Origin: Lama guanicoe
Lineage: Eukaryota
DNA length: 64,000 bases
Assembly (NCBI GenBank): GCA_013239625.1
Contig: MU053379.1
Location: 2,276,866-2,340,865, forward strand
Direction: 5' to 3'
A program made the translations under genes and the position numbers. Positions 59,687-64,000 of this stretch are shown here, piece by piece (positions within the stretch are counted from its first letter, which is position 1; each line of letters begins with the position of its first letter). The notes beneath the pieces are model-generated. The model made no database searches. It was given only the letters and a program-made list of their open reading frames with translations, and was not told where the DNA came from.

Positions 59687-62497
59687 GTGACGAGGCCTCA
59701 GATCTGTGCGCGTGGCACAGGGTCCTGTCCTGGGGCGACGTGCGGTGTCTGGACTCGAGCGAGCAAGCTGATGCCTTTTCTTTCTAGGAACTCACAGGGG
59801 AAAAGCCTAAAAATCTGGTGAAGGTGCTTTGTTGGCAGCGGAGTCAGATGCCGGCATGTTCCCATCACCTCCTGGCCACGTGGGACTCTTGCCCGACGGT
59901 CTTCTTTCTTCTCTGGCTCCTCTCGTTCCCTAGAGGATGCCTGTTCTCTCGTGCACGGGGTCCTATGGCTGCATTCTACTTCTCATACTTTCCAGGCAAG
60001 GACTTTTTCTAAAAGGACTTTATTATGATTTTTTTTTTTGGAATCACTGCCTTGAACATGAGTTGTCTCTTGTTCCCTCGGTTCCACCGTCGGGAGGTGC
60101 ATCTGTAAGCTGACCTGGAGCTGGGAGTGACAGGCGCAGCCCCACGGGGCGTGCCGACTTACGGACCAAGAAGGCTGCTGCTGAAATGACCATTTGACCC
60201 CTAAAGGCAGAGCCTCCTCTTTCTCTGCTGTAAGTGTTCATATCTATTTTGGAAGATGATCCAGGTGTCTTCGTGGTAAAGGGGCTTATCGTGTGATGAA
60301 GGTGATCTTTTCAAAGATCAAAACCTTTGAGAGCCTCCCAAATCGAAAGTCAGGGGGAGGCTGTGGACCCCACCTGGAGAGCAGGGACCAGCGACAGAGT
60401 GCACGGCTCTGGGCTGGTTCCAGGGAGGGCCCCCCATCCCTTCTCTGGGCGGGGTCCTGTCAGGGACGGGTGTCAGTTCTGCACAAAGGTCCCTGTGATG
60501 TCAGGGCTTCATGGTGGAGAGGGGACCTGGGGAGAAGCCAGATTGGGAGAGGACCATGCCATGCGTTTGAGAAAGCTCTCTGGAGGGAGGTGGGGCTTGA
60601 GAAAGCTCTTGGCTGGGTGAGGGTGAGAAAGCAGAAAGGACTGGGGGAGGGTGGTCCCGGGCTAGGGAGGCACGTGACAGGGGTTATGGGAACTTGGCGT
60701 GAGGCTGCCCGGCTGCCCTGGGCTATCTTAATGATAGGTCCAGAAACTCTGCCGCCTGGAAAAGGAGTAAGGGTGTCACTCAGCCAGTCGTGTTCAGACC
60801 CACCAGGGCTGCCTCTGGAGAGCGGGGGGTGTCCCAGCGGAGGACCTCACACTCACCCCCATCAGCCAGGCAGCTCTGTCCCTTTCTGCTGAATTTCCAC
60901 CTAGGATCTCACTTGTTGGAATCTGCCACTCCCATCTCTCTGCCCCTTAAATTCAGGGACCTGAGGCTGCGCCTTTGTAGATTAAACAGGTGGTCCGAGG
61001 CAGCCCCACTTGTACCTGACCCGGTCATCTTTATGGCACCACCCACCACCAGCATCTTCAGACATAACACAGCAAGCAACACTGAAGAATAGAGTCACGT
61101 CCTCTGAGTCTCTTGAGAAGAACAAATCTTGTTAGAAGTCGAAAGTTATTCGGACAAAGTAACTTTCCATCCTCAGAGTGTTTTCAAATAAAAGATGCTG
61201 ACTTTATAAAGAAGACATTTGATAGTTCTATAAACCACGCAGTGCCATGGCTCATAAGCTATAACTTAATACCACATGACTTAGGTAAATGAACACGATT
61301 CAGGGTACAAGTAGCTTCAATGGGGATGTCAGAAGGATAAACTCTGTTTCCTGATTGTCAATCATATTTAAATCCTCATGTATGTCAAACTCCAAACCCC
61401 TAAGAATTTAAGAGAGAATAACTCTAGAAATGATGTCGGGGGAGTATTTTTCCAGTTTGGCTGGTGAGATTGGAAAGAGTTTGTAATTGCGACCATGTGC
61501 TCTTGGGAGCTGCGTGTTAACACTGCCTCATCTCAGACAAAGGATGAAAAAAAAAAGCACTTGCCTCTGAATCTGGGACCAACTGTTCTACCAAAACATA
61601 AGCTGAAGGATCCAAGCCCCTAAAGATTTAGCTGAAGCCACTAGAATATAAACCTGATAAATAACAGATTTACTTTGGCTAAAAATTTCCCCATTGCTAA
61701 TAGTATGTAACTCTTACTTTCAACATTAATCTATCACATTTCCAAAAAGTTACCTTGGTGTCTCAGAGTTATGGCTCCTGCAGAGGAACAAATGAAAAAA
61801 CCAGGTAGTCCCATGAACAGGTGCAGGGCTGGTGTGTGGTGGCTTGGAATGACTGGCAGTCAGGGCACACCCTCCTCCTGGGGGCGGGGGACGGGGGCAC
61901 CTGCTGTTCCTCCGGCCGCCTGTGGGCAGCTGACCTGTGTCCAGAGCCCTTCTAACTTTTCAAAAGGTGCCAGAAATTCATTGGTATGTGTTATGTCTTC
62001 ATTTTTAAATATTGGCAACTATAATTTTTCTTTTGTTGGTTAGTTTCTGTAACATTATTAGGCAAACGAAAATTAAATTAGTGTTTTGCCCTGCAGTCCA
62101 TGTTCTTCTCTTGCTAAATAGAATGATCGCATGGCTGCGTTGCCAAAGCTCCTCCGAAGGGATGTTCCCTGATTCCCCTTTTTTTCCCGTCCTCCTTCTG
62201 AGGCGTTTCGCACTTGCTTGTTTCAGCTTATTTCCCCCTGACAACATCTCGAGGGTTCTGACGCCCCCACCAGAGCCATCTGCCCTTTCTCGTAAAGCCG
62301 GGAGGGCGGGCAGCTCCTCCACGTCTTGTGTTCTAGGGATGTGTTACAGCTAAGTGTTGAAGGGTTTCTGAAGGCGATCCTTCAGCGCACATGCTGAAGA
62401 GTCAGGGAAGCTGATGCAGAATTGCGCACGCGGCTGCAGGGGAGGAACCAGGCTGGCGGTGGGATCAGCGAGGGTGGGAGGTGCTGGGGTTCCAGGT

Positions 62498-63785
62498 GCG
62501 TGCTGTCCAGCGCCGTTGGCCCTGGCCACGGGACTGAGGAGCGCTTGGTGTGTGGCTGGAGTGAGTTGAGATGGGCTGTAAGTGTAAAATATACAGGCTT
62601 TGGAAACAGTGTGGAAAAGTGGGAAAATGCCTCATGTTTTATATTGATTCCATGCTGAAGTGATATTTTAGATGCGTTACGTAAATAGAGATAAATTTTA
62701 CCTATTTATTTTTCCTTTTTTCCTTTTTTTATTTATTAAAGTATAGTTGATTTACAATATTTTGTTAGTTTCAGGTGTATAGCAGCATGATTTAGTTATA
62801 TATATATTTTCAGATTCTTTTCATTATAGATTATGACAAAATATTAAATATAGTTCCCTGTGCTACACAGTAAATCCCTGTTGTTTATCTGTTTTAGGTA
62901 TAATAGTATGATCTGTTAATTCAGTACTCCTAACTTATCCCTCCCCCTTTCCCCTTTGGTAACCATAAGTTTGTTATCTGTCTGTGTGTCTGTTTCTATT
63001 TGGTAAATAAGATCATTTGTATTATTTTTTTAGAGTCCACATATAAGTAATATATCATATTTGCCTTTCTCTGTCTGATTTACTTCACTTAGTATGATAA
63101 TCTCTAGGTCCATCCATGTTGCTGCAAATGGCAATATTTCATTTTTTCCCTCTTTTTTATCTTTTTTATGGCTGAGTAGTATTCCATATGTATACATACA
63201 CACACGCGCACGCGCGCGCACACACACACACACATATATACATACACCACATTTTCTTTATCCAGTAATCTGTTGATGGACATTCAGGTTGCTTCCATGT
63301 CTTGGCTACTGTAAATAGTGCTGCTGTGAACACTGGGGTGCAGGTTTCTTTTCAAAGTAGAGTTTTCGTCTTTTCCAGATACATACCCAGGAGTGGGATT
63401 GCTGGATCATGTGGTAACTCTATTTTTAATTTTTTAAGGAACCTCCATACTGTCCTCCATAGTGGCTGCCCCAAACTACATTCCCACCAATAGTGCAGGA
63501 GGGCTCCCTTTTCTCCACACCCTCTCCAGCATTTATCATTTATAGCCTTTTTGATGATGGCCATTCTGACCGATGTGAGGTGTTATCTCATTGTAGTTTT
63601 GATCTACATTTCTCTGATAATAAGCGACACTGAGCATTTTTTCATGTGCTTGTTGGCCATCTGTATGTCTTTTTTGTAGAAAGGTCTATTTAGGTCTTCT
63701 ATTTCTCCTTTTTAACCTGGGTACTAGAAATGTTTAAATTACATCTGTGACTCATTATATTCTACTGGACAGTACTACCCTAGAA
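62498..63785 (+). mobile_element. MER33-like MITE split by an L1 (pieces ~62498-62722 and ~63700-63785)
   Basis: The left piece GTGCTGTCCAG...TGAGATGGGCTGTAAGTGTAAAATA continues on the right as TACTAGAAATGTTTAAATTACAT...CTACTGGACAG. Confidence 0.75.
62725..63700 (-). mobile_element. 5'-truncated L1, artiodactyl-type (ORF2 end plus 3' UTR)
   Basis: Translations [29 protein letters not shown]...[26 protein letters not shown] and NEILPFAATWMDLEIIILSEVNQTEK. T-rich tail at the left end. Confidence 0.95.
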
Positions 63786-63787
63786 CA

Positions 63788-63996
63788 CAGGTCTGCAAAC
63801 TTTTTCCTGTAAAGGTCCAGATAGTCAATGTTTCCAGTTTCTCAGGCCATAAGGTGTTTGCTGGCAACCACTCACTCTGCCTTTCTAGTACAAAACCAGC
63901 CACAGACGAGATGGAAATGAATGAGTGTGGCTGTGTTCCAATAAAACTTTATTTACAAAAACAGGAGGCAATTGGGGGTCGACTTTCCGAGTCCTG
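63788..63996 (+). mobile_element. MER58A-like hAT MITE
   Basis: CAGGTCTGCAAACTTTTTCCTGTAAAGGTCCAGATAG...TGGCTGTGTTCCAATAAAACTTTATTTACAAAAACAGG. Confidence 0.9.
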
Positions 63997-64000
63997 CTTG

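Noticed and set aside
60299..60327. Small hairpin TGATCTTT-TC-AAAGATCA next to a box C-like GTGATGA
   Set aside because: The stem is too short for a miRNA, and I found no properly placed box D or terminal stem for a snoRNA.

Overview
This is mammalian, not prokaryotic, DNA: GC-rich, repeat-dense and almost entirely intronic or intergenic. Several tRNA-Ala(AGC)-derived SINEs (GGGTAnAGCTCAGTGGTAGAG...GCTTAGCATGCACGAGGTCCTGGGTTCAATCCCCAG type), together with artiodactyl-type L1 3' UTRs, point to a camelid genome (inference). I cannot support any protein-coding exon. The supplied ORFs look like chance GC-rich frames or decayed L1 ORF2. The best gene-like signal is a 125-nt + strand exon at 29616-29740 with good splice sites. 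From unverified memory it resembles a non-coding 5' exon of RIN2, which would make the window that gene's large 5' introns. The rest is a layered transposon record: two solo ERV LTRs, MaLR/ERVL LTRs, L1, L2, MIR, and Tigger and hAT MITEs, plus microsatellites, short tandem duplications and enhancer-like motif clusters. The most notable observations are: (i) an apparent polyadenylated retrocopy of only the R region of an LTR family that also has a full solo LTR 10 kb away; (ii) a solo LTR with TATA, 7 CCAAT boxes and 2 octamers, a lost poly(A) signal and a perfect splice donor; (iii) a 76-bp duplication that copies an exon-shaped unit; (iv) CpG gain inside old repeats. I see no clear new biological system. 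Repeat subfamily names come from recognition by eye, and boundaries are approximate unless motifs are cited.
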